Of a DNA stretch of 64,000 nt, positions 1-11,421 are shown piece by piece. Source of the stretch: Scyliorhinus canicula (taxonomy: Eukaryota). Positions within the stretch are counted from its first letter, which is position 1; each line of letters starts with the position of its first letter. Position numbers and translations under genes: made by a program. The stretch is taken from the NCBI RefSeq assembly GCF_902713615.1, contig NC_052174.1, forward strand, positions 6,154,182 to 6,218,181, in the 5' to 3' direction. The notes under the pieces are model-generated. The model was not told where the DNA came from. It saw only the letters and a program-made list of their open reading frames with translations, and ran no database searches.

Positions 1-737
1 AACGAAAACAACCTCAAGTCCATCAGCCTTTCCTCATAAGATTTTCCCTCCATACCAGGCAACATCCTGGTAAATCTCCTCTGCACCCGTTCCAAAGCTT
101 CCACGTCCTTCCTATAATGAGGCGACCAGAACTGTACGCAATGCTCCAAATGCGGCCGTACTAGAGTTTTGTACAACTGCAACATGACCTCATGGCTCCG
201 GAACTCAATCCCTCTACCAATAAAGGCCAACACTCCATAGGCCTTCTTCACAACCCTATCAACCTGGGTGGCAACTTTCAGGGATCTATGTACATGGACA
301 CCGAGATCCCTCTGCTCATCCACACTACCAAGAATTTTACCATTAGCCAAATATTCCGCATTTCTGTTATTCTTTCCAAAGTGAATCACCTCACACTTCT
401 CCACATTAAACTCCATTTGCCACCTCTCAGCCCAGCTCTGCAGCTTATCTATGTCCCTCTGTAACCTGCAACATCCTTCCGCACTGTCTACAACTCCACC
501 GACTTTAGTGTCGTCTGCAAATTTACTCACCCATCCTTCTGCGCCCTCCTCTAGGTCATTTATAAAAATGACAAACAGCAACGGCCCCAGAACAGATCCT
601 TGTGGTACGCCACTCGTAACTGAACTCCATTCTGAACATTTCCCATCAACTACCGCTCTCTGTCTTATTTCAACGAGCCAATTTCTGATCCACATCTCTA
701 AATCACCCTCAATCCCCAGCCTCCGTATTTTCTGCAA
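1..737 (-). mobile_element. Young CR1 LINE fragment (RT C-terminal half), runs off the window
   Basis: GVPQGSVLGP / FADDTK region; near-identical to the reverse complement of ~63155-63891. Confidence 0.9.
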
Positions 738-2575
738 CATGTAGATTAAAATCCCCCATGATAACTGCTGTACCATTTCTACATGCATCAGTTATTTCTT
801 TGTTTATTGCCTGCCCCACCATAACGTTACTATTTGGTGGCCGATGGACTACTCCTATCAGTGACTTTTTCACCTTACTATTCCTGATTTCCACCCAAAT
901 GGATTCAACCTTATCCTCCATAGCACCGATGTCATCCCTTACTCTTGCCCGGATGTCATCCTTAAATAATAGAGCAACACCACCTCCCTTACCATCCACT
1001 CTGTCTTTCCGAATAGTTTGATACCCTCGGATATTTAACTCCCAGTCATGACCATCCTTTAACCATGTTTCAGTAGTGGCCACTAAATCATAGTCATTTA
1101 CAATGATTTGTGCCATCAACTCATTTACTTTATTCCGAATACTACGAACATTCAGGTAAAGTACACTTATGTTGGTTTTTTTTTTAACCTCTGTTTTGAA
1201 TCTTAACATCTCCAGTTTAATTCCTTTTAGCATTACTGGGCCTATTCACTGAGCTCCCCTCAGTCACTGTACCTTGTACTATCGCCCTTTTTGATTTTTG
1301 ACTATGTCTTCTCTGTCTTGCATTTTTCCGCTTACTTCCGTTTGCTTCTGTTCCTGTTTTACTACCTTCCAACTTCCTGGATCGGTTCCCATCCCCCTGA
1401 CACATCAGTTTAAACCCTCCCCAACAGCTCTAGCAAACGCCCTCCCCCCCCCCCCCCCCCAGGACATCGGTTCCAGTCCTGCCCAGGTGCAGACCGTCCA
1501 GTTTGTACTGGTCCCACCTCCCCCAGGACCGGTCCCAATGCCCCAGGAATTTGAATCCCTCCCTCTTCCACCATCTCTTGAGCAACGCATTCATCCTATC
1601 TATCCTGACATTCGTACTCTGACTAGCCCGTGGCACTGGTAGCAATCCTGAGATTACTACCTTTGAGGTCCTACTTTTTAGTTTAACTCCTAACTCCCTG
1701 AATTCTGCTTGTAGGACCTCATCCCGTTTTTTACCTATATCGTTGGTGCCTATGTGCACCACGACAGCTGGCTGTTCACTCTCCCCACCCAGAATGTCCT
1801 GCAGCCGCTCCGCGACATCCTTGACCCTTGCACCAGGAAGGCAACATACCATCATGGAGTATCGATTGCGTCCACTGAACCGCCTGTCTATTCCATTGAC
1901 GATCAAGTCCTCTATCTCTATAGCCCTGCCATTTTCTTCCTGCCCTGCTGTGCAGCAGAGCCAGCCACGGTGCCATGAACGTTGCTGCTGCCTTCCCCTG
2001 GTGAGCCATCTCCCCCAACAGTATCCAAAGCGGTATATCTGTTTTGCAGGGAGATGACCGCAGGGGACACCTGCACTGCCTTCCTACTCTTGCTCTGTCT
2101 TTTGGTCACCCATTTGCTATCTCCCTCAGTAGCTTTCACCTGCGGTGTGACCAACTGGCTAAATGTGCTATCCGCGACCTCCTCAGCATCGCGGATGCTG
2201 CAAAGTGAGTCAATCCGCAGCTCCAGAGCCATCAACCGGTCTAACAGGAGCTGCAACTGAACACACTTATTGCACGTGAAAGAGCCAGGGACAGTGGACG
2301 TGACCCTGAGCTCCCACATCGCACACGAGGAGCATGACATGGGTCTGGGATCTCCTGCCATGTCTTAAACCTTAGGTAAACTTATACAACTACAATTTCA
2401 AAATAAAAATAAATAAATTAGACAACGAAAAGAAAAACTACTTACCAGTCACTTACCAGGGTTAAAAAGAACCTCTGAAAAGCACATTCTCTCACTGTGT
2501 ACCGAATTACCTCACTGAACCAAATTACCAAGTTGCAATTCCCACTCTGGATGTGCGTCACTCCGGCTGTGTTTC
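738..2575 (-). mobile_element. 5' half of a CR1 LINE: 5'UTR, ORF1 (CxxC-CxxC zinc finger, coiled coil, SGNH esterase) and ORF2 APE endonuclease; frameshifted
   Basis: ORF 1918-2361 (CSSC...CNKC); ORF 1430-1906 (CLPGARVKDV, HIGTND, DGLHL); ORF 709-1233 (YLNVRSIRNK, TETWL, MGDFN). Confidence 0.9.
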
Positions 2576-3121
2576 CTTGAAAAGCTTATAATATAAGAGC
2601 AGGGAGGTTCTGATGGAGCTGTCTAAACTGCTGGTTAGACCACAGCTGGAGTGCTGTGTGCAGTTCTGGTCACCACTACCGGAAGGAAGTGATTTCAGAA
2701 GACAGTGCAGAGAGATTCACCAGGATGCTGCCTGGGCTGGAGCGTTTCAGCCATGAAGAGAGGCTGGTTAGGCCGGGGTTGTTTTCCTTGGAGCAGGGAA
2801 GGACGAGGGGGGACCTGATTGACGTGTTTAAAAGTATGAGGGCACAGATAGTACAGACTGGAACAAACTTTGCCCCTCGACTGTGGGATAAATGAACATG
2901 GTGCATAGATTTGAGGTACTGGTCAGGAGGTTAAGAGGAGCAGTGCGGGGAAAACGTTTTCACCCAAAGGGTGGTTCTAATCTAGATTCCACGGACAGTG
3001 ACCCAGAATCGAATCTGGGACCTGGGCGCTACCACTGTGCTGCCACTGCGCCACCATGCGCCCCTGTGTTGCACTGTGGACAGGTAGCTCCAGTAGAAAC
3101 TAATAACCAAAGGTTCCACTT

Positions 3122-3302
3122 AGGGGCTGGTTTAGCACACTGGACTAAATGGCTGGCTTTTCAAACAGACCGGCAGGCCAGCAGCACGGTTCAATTCCCG
3201 TATCAGCCTCCCCGATCAGGCGCCGGAATGTGGCGACTAGGGGCTTTTCACAGTAACTTCATTGAAGCCTGCTCGTGACAATAAGCGATTTTCATTTCAT
3301 TC
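3122..3302 (+). mobile_element. Short tRNA-derived SINE with (CATTT)n tail
   Basis: A/B-box-like head ggggctggtttagcac...ggttcaattccc. Related copies on the minus strand at ~13190-13335, 21677-21855, 29420-29575 and 37480-37620. Confidence 0.65.
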
Positions 3303-3644
3303 AAACATGCAACTCTTTCAAAGTGCAGAAATGAAATATATTTTGCTAATAGAAAATTAATTGCATATTTATGCACCTCATACAGACATCAGGTACCATC
3401 CAATCTGTACAAACAATGTTGAATAGATTGACGTTGCAATGATACCAAGCAAATATTGTGATCTTTCAACAGTAACTTAATAGTTGCAAAGAGAAATTGG
3501 CAATTAAAGTGTCCCCTTAACAATACTCCAATGACACGGACTACTCCAACTGTTTCCCACAGGTGCAGTATCGTCCTTGTGTTGTAAAACGTCCAACTTA
3601 CAAACGTCCATCTTGAGGGATGACAAAGTCAGACATTTTTTTAT

Positions 3645-3972
3645 CATAGAATTTACAGTGCAGAAGGAGGCTATTCGGCCCATCGAGTCTGTACCGGCTC
3701 CTGTAAAGATCACCCTACCCAAGGTTAACACCTCCACCCTAACCCCATAACACAGTAGCCCCACCCAACACTAAGGGCAATTTTGGACTCTAAAGGCAAT
3801 TTATCACGGCCAATCCACCTAACCTGCACATCTTTGGACTGTGGGAGGAAACCGGAGCACCCAGAGGAAACCCACGCACACATGGGGAGGCAGACAATGA
3901 CGCAAGCCGGGATCGAACCTGGGACCCGAGCTGTGAAGCATTTGTGCTATCCACAATGCTACCGTGCTGCCC
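3645..3972 (-). mobile_element. HE1-type SINE
   Basis: tRNA head (gggcagcacggtagc...ggttcgatccc), core ggtttcctcccacagtccaaagatgtgcagg, CR1-like tail. Confidence 0.8.
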
Positions 3973-4458
3973 AATGGTGTTAGGCTAACTGCAAATAGCA
4001 TGAATGAATGTGTAGAAAACCTATGTATTATTGTTTAGCTGCTCTGGGAGTCGATGCCAATGAAAATAACCCACAGATTCTTTGCAAGTCTCACAGGTTT
4101 TTATGGATAGAAGTGGCGCGTGAGCGTTAATATTTACCAGAGGTGTGGCTAAGGTTTCCATTGTTTTGCCATGCTTGCTGCCACGATAATCAGTTGATGT
4201 GGGATGGAGAACGCCACCATGCAGAAACAAAGTGAACACCGATTCAGGGTTCACGTTCTATCCAAGAACCATTCAACGCGTTCAGAAAAAGAGAAGCCAG
4301 ACGTTTTGTATTGATAACCTTTATGTTTAAGAGCAGGGAGGTTATGATGGAGCTGTGCAGAACGAGGAGTGCGTGCAGTTCTGGTCACCGCTTGATATGA
4401 AGAATGTGATTGCGCAGGAGAGGGTACAGAGCAGATTCCCCAGGATATTGCTTAAATT

Positions 4459-4858
4459 TCATAGAATTTACAGTGCAGAAGGAGGCCATTCGGCCAATCG
4501 AGTCTGCACCGGCCCTTTACGATTACTGTTGTCTCAGTACTTTCGTCTTTTATTTCAACTTTCCAGTACATGCAGTATTTTACTTTTACTTTCGTTATTA
4601 GAGTACCATTACTCTATCCCCATAACCAAGTAACCCCGTCCAACCTTTTTTTTTGGACACTAAGTGCAATTTAACATGTCCAATCCACCTAACCTGCACA
4701 TCTTTGGACTGTGGGAGGAAAACGGAACAGCCGGAGGAAACCCACGCACACACGGGGAGAAGGTGCAGACTCCGCACAGACAGTGACCCAGTGGGGAATT
4801 GAACCTGGGACCCTGGAGCTGTGAAGCAACTGTGCTAACCACTGTGTTACCGTGCTGC
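4459..4858 (-). mobile_element. HE1-type SINE with a small foreign insert in its tail
   Basis: Same head and core as other copies; 4518-4598 is foreign. Confidence 0.75.
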
Positions 4859-5631
4859 CTTTGACGGCTGAGTGGGAGGTGGGGGATGGGGTAGTGGATG
4901 GTGAGTAACCAGGGGGCATTCATTTAAGGTAATGGACACGAGGTTAAATGGGGATTCGAGGAATAGCTTTTTCACCCAGAGGACGAGGGAGTCTGGAACT
5001 CATGGTCTGAAAGGGTGGTGGAGACGAGAACTCTCAAAACATTGAAATCTTGAAGAAACATTGAGATGAGCATTTGAAATGTACTAGCACCCTATCTAAA
5101 ATAGAAACTTCTCGAAAAGCTCCGTAGCTCTTGTTGCATTTCTGGAGAGAGAAAAACAAATTTGAACATTTTGAGTTTTCTCCTTCGGACGAAAAAGAAG
5201 TCATATTTGATGCAAATTGAACACTTTGTGTCTCTCTCCACAGATGCTGCCATACCTGTTGCGTTTTCTCAGTACGTTCGTCTTTTATTTCAGCTTTCCA
5301 GTACATACAGTATTTTACTTTTACTTGCGAACCATCCTGCTCAATTTCTCTAATACTTTGTTTACTGTAACATTAGCTGAAAAAAACCCTTATTTATCAG
5401 ACAGTTGCAAAGTGCTCATTCGCACCTAACCAGTCCTCAAAACCCAAAGAATATCACTTGCTCTCACGTTCTTCCTTTTGCCTTTTAATATTTCTGAATT
5501 TAGAAAACACTTCTGAGTTTGTGAGATACTAGTCGATGCTCAAACTATCTCTTTATCCTTCAAATTGTTTTTATTTAAACCTGCTCTGGTCTTCTGATAT
5601 ACACATTAATGTTAGAAATTAGGAAGTCTTG

Positions 5632-6527
5632 TCATCGAATTAGTTTGATCATTATGACGATTGGATATTTCACTCCGTTTCTCAATTCCGCTCTGAATTT
5701 GCTCTGAGTAACTGCGTAGATAAACGTGTTGGTGCAGCAGCTCAGGAGTTGGAGCATGAAACCAATTTCAGGTACAAAGGAGGGCAGAGAAACTGGGTAG
5801 CCAAAGTAATCCAATCGTCTCCATACAGAACATACCGTAAACACCGCCCATAACAATATGAAATTGCCTGATATAATGAATAGCACAATCATCGATTGCC
5901 GTCTATTTCCCATCTCTGGGTCCTTGGGACTGTCCCCACTACTCCGTCTCCTGAGCCTCCGACGGGCTCTGCTTGCCATTAAAATGTGTCTGACCGTCAA
6001 TGCATTGAAGATTAGAATCAAAAGAAATGGAATAAAAGGATTTAAGATATGATGCAGTAATTCAACCACGGTCCAGGTGAGTGAACGGGATATGTAGACC
6101 TTCACGAGGCAAAACCAGGGACTATTTGAAAGCCAATATGCACTTGTATACATAAAATACCAGAAGGTGTTCTTCAAACAGCTGAGGAGCGTCACTGTCC
6201 CGAGCACCATAGCTGCTGTTCTCTCAGTGCAATATTTGGACTTTAGCTTCTGACAACAAATGGCTACACATCGATCAAAGGTGAAAGCGACAGTAAACCA
6301 GACAGAGCAGTCTGTGACAGCATAAAGCAGAACGGCGTGGACGTTACACACTCTGACATACAACAGAAAAGCAAATTCTGATCGATAAACAATGGGAATC
6401 TGCCTCAGTATCAGATCGAATATTATGACCAGTAAATCTGCCGCTGCCATGGCGACCAGATATCCAGTGACACATTTGGAGAGACCACATTTTCCCCGGG
6501 ACAGGATCAAAATCGTCACTGCATTAA
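5632..6527 (-). CDS. Gene A exon 2: GPR139/GPR142-like class A GPCR (probable G-protein coupled receptor 139-like), TM1 end to C-terminus
   Basis: Open frame with 7TM pattern: YLVAMAAADL (TM2), FTFDRCVAI (DRY-like), WFC in ECL2, LLSCCTNTFIY (NPxxY-like). Acceptor cccttgcttacag on the minus strand ends at 6528; the exon is 896 nt, the same as in B and C. The ORF-track extension to 6621 is intronic. Confidence 0.93.
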
Positions 6528-7854
6528 CTGTAAGCAAGGGGAAAATAGGGAGCGTTTTAACGTACATCAGATGATCATAATTGATGAAAAGAAAGGCATT
6601 GTAGAATGTGCATATAAACATTTTATTTCAATAAGCTGTAAATGACGAAAAAATCGGCAGCTTGCGTTTGTACCCAGCGCTTGAATTGAGTTGGGTTTTT
6701 TTTGGGGAAACAGACCATTCGAGGTAGGAATTTTATTCCGTGACCAGCAATGAATGAACAAATAATTGATTCGACAAAATCAAATGAAACATAGTTAAAG
6801 CATGAAAATTCATTGTGAATTAATACCTAAGCAGTCATTTAGGATTTTGGAAAGCCATTTATTTACGGCCAGTGTTTGGCCTTTTAACACCTTGGAAATT
6901 CTCCAATTATCAAATAGAATTTGTCTGATTTGTAAATTAACTCAATTTAGGTGCTTTGCATCTCTAATCCTTAAAGGTCACGCTCATCAAATACCCTTTT
7001 TTAAATTATCTATCCACCTACTTGTTAAAGGATTATGAGGGCAGATGGGTCCAAACTTCTTGCTGTAAGAGGTCATTACCTGATTGTGCAACCACACAGC
7101 TGCAGCTTTGATTCAGACATGTTTGGCAGAAGAAATAATTCATTTGCATTCATTTCAAATAATTTGATTTCAAACAACTGATCATATTTACATCTTGAAT
7201 ATTTATGGGAACTTAACACTCGTGCATGAACCCTGTCTCACAATGTAATCATTTGAGCCACGGTATAATTCTGGTGATTCTGAGCTATACCCTCTTCCAT
7301 ACCCATTATTGCTTTCAGCGACAGCACCAAAGCTGAATTAGGTCGAAAGAACAGAGGGTGTAGTTATAACTTCCCTACCACCCCGTTATAGCCCAGCCAC
7401 TCTGAAAATGTCCACTTTTCCATTCGCCTCCAGAATTGACATTGATCACATTTACATATAATCCGGGGGAAGATAAAAATGAGGGACTTTTCCAAGTTTC
7501 AATTTCACTGCACTAGTTGTTGAGGCGTACGGGTATTGAAGTGCCGAGCTGGGAAGGTGAAATTATCTTGCAGAAAAGAATCATAAACGATGCTTAACGA
7601 CTGTGATTGTCAGACAGTCGATTTTCTGATTGATGATGGGCATTTTGTCAAGGTATTAAGGACAGCGACACAATATCTCAGAGTTCACGTTCTCATTCAA
7701 CAACTGTAAGCAACTGTCAAGGTCATGAACAAACCAATTAATGGAAGTTAAAACCTACAATGCACTGATTTCTAAACATCATCATAAGCTGCAGTTCAAC
7801 CACAGAATTCCCTTGTATCCGTAAAGAAAAAGCGAGTGCTTCCTGAGGAAGATG

Positions 7855-8550
7855 TAAGAACATAAGAACTAGCAGCAGGAGTAAACCATCTGGCCCCTCG
7901 AGCCTGCGCCGCCATTCAATGAGACCATGGCTGATCTATTGTGGACTCAGCTCTATCTTTATCTTTCAAACATTTAATAAAGGAGCCTCAACTGCTTCAC
8001 TGGGCAAGGAATTCCATAGATTCACAACCCTTTGGGTGAAGAGGTTCCTCCTAAACTCAGTCCTAAATCTACTTCCCCTTATTTTGAGGCTATGCCCCCT
8101 CGTTCTGCTTTCACCGGCCAGGGGAAACAACCTGCCCACATCTATCCTATCTATTCCCTTCATAATTTTATATAGTTCCTATAAGATCCCTCCCCCCCCC
8201 CCCATCCTTCTAAATTCCAACGAATACAATCCCAGTCTACTCGTAATCCAACCTCATCAGCTCTGGATTAACCTAGCGAATCTCCTCTGCACGCCCTCCA
8301 GTGCCAGTACGTCCTTTCTCAGGTAAGGGGAACAAAACTGAACACAATACTCCAGGTGTGGCCTCACTAACACCTTATACATTGGCAGCAGGGCCTCCCT
8401 AGTCTAAATCTCCATCCCTCGAGCAATGAAGGACAAAATTCCATTTGCCTTCTTAATCACCTGTAAACCAACTTTTTGCGACTCATGCACTAGCACACCC
8501 AGGTCTCACTGCACAACAGCATGTTTTAATATTTTATCATTTAAATAATA
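7855..8550 (-). mobile_element. CR1 3' fragment in the gene A intron
   Basis: RTRGHSLKIRG...FTQRVVNLWNSLP; tail ending ttcttatgttcttac. Confidence 0.8.
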
Positions 8551-8856
8551 ATCCCTTTTAATAATAATATAATAATAATAGAAAGTCTGGAAGTGCTGAA
8601 ATCGTGCAAGGAATTAGCCAAATATAACCTGCAGACTAAAAGGGTAACAACTTCTCATCCCGTTTCTCTGGCTCAGTATTTACAGAGAATATATCACATT
8701 ATCTCTCATTGCAATGTACCAGTAACAAGCCTTGGACTGCAGTTTAAAATAAGCTTGATATCGAAATAGATTGTTTCCACTCAATTAGTAACTATCATCA
8801 ATGGCGAAGCAATATTTATTTGTTGCCAATGAACACAAATGCTTATTATTGGTCCA

Positions 8857-9057
8857 GTAAGAAGTCTTACAACACCAGGTTAAAGTCCAACAGGTTTGTT
8901 TCAAACGCTAGCTTTCGGAGCGCAGCTCCTTCCTCCATTCACCTGAGGAAGGAGCAGTGCTCCGAAAGCTAGTGATTTGAAACAAACCTGTTGGACTTGA
9001 ACCTGGTGTTGTAAGGCTTCTTACTGGGCTCACCCCAGTCCAATGCCGGCATCTCCA
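8857..9057. mobile_element. Penelope-like palindromic (inverted pLTR) element with a 13-bp TSD
   Basis: ~80-bp inverted arms (8857-8935 vs 8945-9025); TATTATTGGTCCA at both 8844-8856 and 9058-9070. Confidence 0.8.
8939..8975 (+). ncRNA. Minimal type-I hammerhead ribozyme motif
   Basis: TCAC-CTGAGGA-A-GGAGC-agt-GCTCC-GAAA-GCTA-GTGA: stem I TCAC/GTGA, CUGANGA box, stem II, GAAA, palindromic AGCT stem III. Confidence 0.7.
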
Positions 9058-9405
9058 TATTATTGGTCCATGGGGCGCTATCGAATGCTCACAAAACGCA
9101 AAAATAGAAAGAGAGATAGTAAGAAAGCGGGTGAGATCGACAGAAAGTGAGAATGAATGTGGGAAAGAAGGACAGAGAAAGAAAGAGAGAAAAGAGCAGA
9201 GAAGAAGGAAGGAAGGACAAAATCGTATATTTCCCATGGTACACAGACTGTGCATCCAACTGGATATCATAGACAAGGATACAAGTTGAGTTGCCAGTAT
9301 TTTATCTGATGAAAAATTATAAAATAAAGAGCTAGGTTCTGCAATAAGATACCATATATTTTAATACTCAAGTGCTTGAATAACTGGCCCTGACTGGTAA
9401 CTTAC

Positions 9406-9502
9406 CAGGGACACCAACCACAGCTAAAATCGGATAGTAAATCTTCTGTATGTCATAAAATGCCCATAATATCTTGAGTTTTAGCAGAAATCCAAGAGAC
9501 AT
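9406..9502 (-). CDS. Gene A exon 1 (MSLGFLLKLKILWAFYDIQKIYYPILAVVGVP + phase-1 G)
   Basis: ATG at 9502, 97 nt, donor G|gtaagt. Splices in frame to exon 2 (G+TT=Val, giving GVPVN in TM1). Homologous to exon 1 of B and C. Confidence 0.9.
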
Positions 9503-9595
9503 GTTTTCTTTTCACTCTATTCCACGAATCCGGAATGTGATGTTCTGTTTGGATGCCGGGAGCAATTCTCCATTTGGCACATGAGGAAAATGTCC

Positions 9596-9689
9596 TTTTA
9601 TTTATTGGAGAGGCAATCTAACAGGTCAGTAAATCGGGTCCCAAGCTGGCTTGGCTTACTTACAGTCACTGAACAAACAGGTGACGTCA
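9596..9689 (-). promoter_or_regulatory. Putative core promoter of gene A (TATA-like AATAAATAAAA, conserved CAGCTTGGGA block, CRE TGACGTCA)
   Basis: Aligns without gaps to the region upstream of B and C. Perfect CRE palindrome at 9682-9689. Confidence 0.5.
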
Positions 9690-10723
9690 AACAAGTTCCA
9701 CTCAATGACTTTCTCAACATTTGAGTTTGCAATCAGGAAATGACCCGAGGGACAATCTGCACGCTGCGCCTGCATTCATTCACACAAAGTTCTCCAATCC
9801 CAATAAACATTCCACAGAATTCAACATTTCCTTAACAATACTATAGGACGAACTATCAATATAAAAGTCTATCAAGACTGCCCACTCCTTAAGAAGCACA
9901 AATCATAAAACAGCTTCAATAAAGTAACAGAACGGGGACTGATTCATTTGAGCGACAATGTTATTCCCAACATACAACACTCCCTGCAATCCCTGCAGTG
10001 CAGTTTCCCCAGATGGTGCTTGGCCTGCCAGATGAATATCGGTTTATCTCCCCTCTTTTTAGATTCGAAATTATAACTTCCACTTTATTTTGCTTTTGCT
10101 TGAGAAATTCACAACCTGTTCCTTTCCTCTGCGCCCTCTATTCCATCAATGAAATTGACCAACAGAAACTGTTCTACAAAAGAACACAGCAGTCAGGATG
10201 TTATTTGAAATCTATATGTAGTCATGTTGTGGAGCAGGCAACATTGCATCAATCGCAGTTCTCAGTTAAGTGCAGTGATCTAGACATCTGTTATCATCTT
10301 CGGATTGAATATTCTGGACTCAAAATTTGAATTGAACAACATCAGATTGTGAACATCTTGACCACCCCCACACACACACCTTTGTGCTTTGTCTTTATGT
10401 TCCATTGTCTTACCCCAACAGAACCCCACTCATCCCCCGAGGGCCACCTGTCCCTTGTTGTTCAGCTTTGCTCCCACTCTCTGGCCTTTGCTCGCCCAGT
10501 ACACTCTACTCTCTTCCCACTGTGCCACTATTAACAGTCTTCAGTCCTTCAAGGCATCAGTAACACCCCATTTGTCCAATGTCCACGGCCTCTTTCTCAA
10601 TCCCTCCTCAGCTCGAACATCCCTGACCTTCCATTCTGTCTCTCTTTCCTCTCAAATTAGAGAATTCTTAACGCGACTCTCCCTTTTCAGTTCTGCAGAA
10701 GGGCCACATGGACTCGAAAGGCT

Positions 10724-10912
10724 GGCTGCGATTCTCCGACAGTCGGGATACTCCTTTGCCCCTGGCAGTGTATCCCGCCCACGGGATTGCCTGTGACATG
10801 GGGAGGCATCAATGGGAAATCCCATTGACAAGTGGCAGAAAGATAAATTCCCACCACCAGCGAATGGCGCGCAGCTGAGAAAGCCGTGGCTGGGGGAACG
10901 GAGAATCCCCTA
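10724..10912. mobile_element. Short degenerate MITE (Harbinger-like TIRs)
   Basis: gattctccg ... cggagaatc inverted termini, similar to the 13419 element. Confidence 0.5.
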
Positions 10913-11421
10913 GATTTCCATCTCAATGTCGCAGCTGTTTTCCATATTGGGCAGCGATGGTCTCAACAAAGACCACTCGTTTTTCTCAAATTTCTAATCA
11001 TTGTCTGGTTGCATATTTTGAACAGGCTGCTTTCTCTGCCTCTTATGCACTTATTGCATTCTGTTTACCGAATTATCTCCCTGAGCAGCCAAAATTTCCT
11101 TTTCACCCTCTGCTAATTCATTGATTTCACTGGCCTTGAGAATCGGTTCTTTATTCCCATATATATCTGTAACTTGACATCTTCATTCAGCAGATCCAAT
11201 TGGAGCAGAGAATAGAACAATTAAATTCAATCTGCCGACAATATTCTGAAAATAGCGACTGGTCTAAAGCTGTTTCCTTTACCTGGTTCCCATTGTAAAG
11301 TGTTGCAACAATTTGGGATTGGGAATGTCTAGGTACACCACCCACACTGACTCTTGCTTATTGGCAGCTCGATTATTTTGTACAGCACTACATGTTGTGT
11401 CTTCCCTCATAGAGGTAGCAG

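Noticed and set aside
3122-3972. tRNA genes
   Set aside because: The A/B-box sequences are SINE heads; I see no complete cloverleaf.
6528-6621. N-terminal extension of the gene A ORF (and the TTG starts at 28127 and 53082)
   Set aside because: Intronic read-through upstream of canonical acceptors; the true starts are in the 97-nt first exons.
10680-10725. Second hammerhead-like motif (ctgcagaagggcc...cgaaag)
   Set aside because: The catalytic box is mutated and the motif is cut by a MITE; a dead Penelope-type remnant.
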